64,000 bases of DNA from Lophium mytilinum (Eukaryota), in contig MU004194.1 in the NCBI GenBank assembly GCA_010093605.1, positions 1,278,323 to 1,342,322 on the forward strand. Reading direction: 5' to 3'. Below the pieces are notes generated by a model. The model saw only the letters and a list, made by a program, of their open reading frames with translations. It searched no databases and was not told where the DNA came from. The position numbers were made by a program, and so were the translations under genes. Of this stretch, positions 62,726-64,000 are shown in pieces; the first letter of the stretch is position 1; each line of letters begins with the position of its first letter.

Positions 62726-64000
62726 TCAGTACCGGCCTTCTGCTTGGGCTCGAATGAGCTGCTTCTTCTCGCGCTCAAGACGGATCTTGTGGGCCTCGGT
62801 TCCATCATCCATCAGCGTCTCCTTGAACCAGTCATGCTGGAGAGCTTGCTTCGCTGTGATCCGCTTCTTGGGGTCGTACACGAATATTCTTCTCAGCAGA
62901 TCAAGGAATTTCTTGTTAAACTCGGTGATGGGGGGGATAGTGTCCTGCAAGGGGCGTAAGTCATTGACTAGGCTGTTGGTAGTTCTATTCACCTGTAGCT
63001 TTTTCATCGCCTTGACGTATTTCCTTGACGCCTTTGGTGTCTCGCCGTTAGGGTAGTCGAGCCTCGAATTCTTGAAGTATCTGTGTGGAGTTAGTACAAT
63101 TATAATGAAAGTGGTGATATATGGCTTACGCAGTGGCGGCATTCGAGCTCCGAGACGAGCCCCTCCCATCCTTGTGCACAGCTTTTATTATCTCCTTGTC
63201 CAATTTGCCTCCGCAGACGGCTTCCATCATAGCCAAGTGCTCTAGATTGTCATGAGTCTGGAATAGCGCATCTCCGGTGAAGAACTCGACGAGAATACAA
63301 CCAATACTCCAGATATCACAAGGGTAACTCCAGCCAAGGTTGAGGATGATTTCGGGCGCACGGTAATGACGGGTGGAGACGACCGACGAGTGGTATTCGT
63401 CATTGAAGGTAGCGGATCCAAAGTCGATTAACCGTATCTCGGGATCAAGCAAGACTTTGCGATGTCTAGCAGAGCGGCTGTTCGTAGTTGATGATGACGG
63501 AACAGTGCGGTTGTACGTGAAGGTTTGGTACCCGTTGTTTACCAAGAGAATATTTTCAGGCTTCAGATCCGTGTGGATGAGGTTCAGATCATGTAAGACT
63601 ACAAGCTTGTCAGTGTGTGCGTAACAAAATTTGGCGGATGGGGTCGACTTACACGCTACGCTAGTGAGTAGCTGCTTCGCGAACTTCTGAATGTGAGTGC
63701 TTGGGAATGGCACAAATGCGTTGGACTTCAGGAAGTCGAAGACACTCTGGCCGTAGAGGTCGGTGACGATGCAGATGTGGTTTCGGAAATCGAAGCAGTC
63801 TCTAAGATGGATGCACCGGTTCTGGTTCTGCTTGTCGTTGGAAGAAAGCGTGGAGAGAACTCTGAGCTCTATGCGGGAGGCATCGCGGTACTTCGGAACA
63901 GAGCGGATGACCTTGATGGCACACCGGGTTCCTTTTCGCCTGTCAAAAGCTTCCACGACTTTGCCGAAAGTGCCTTGGCCAAGGAGCTTAACGATTTGGT
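62726..64000 (-). CDS. LKH1: LAMMER dual-specificity kinase (5' part outside the window)
   Basis: LGQGTFGKV, HTDLKPEN, IDFGSA, STRHYRAPE, EHLAMME signature. Confidence 0.96.

Noticed and set aside
17498..63624. Many 60-210 aa ORFs antisense to or overlapping the called genes
   Set aside because: Expected shadows of GC-rich coding sequence, with no independent motifs.

Overview
Filamentous ascomycete (Pezizomycotina) nuclear DNA. About 22 intron-containing housekeeping and metabolic genes are present: DUF3433 protein, GTP cyclohydrolase I, RRP9, a P450, LHS1, sideroflexin, GH3 beta-glucosidase, DUF829, AIM3-like, ELO elongase, prefoldin 4, MFS and APC transporters, NmrA-like, SEC63, a SIRT5-type sirtuin, a secreted protein, GT34, MIS12 and a LAMMER kinase. 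A 13-kb RIP-mutated block (2986-16019) is a multi-gene Tc1/IS630-type DNA transposon with a nested 7.9-kb chromoviral Ty3/Gypsy element. The most striking feature is a tRNA-Thr(UGU) gene at 29287-29491. It is split by a canonical 37/38 tRNA intron and also by two ~50-nt GT...AG spliceosomal-type introns in the D arm; only removal of all three yields a 72-nt cloverleaf. All calls are from manual reading; no searches were run.
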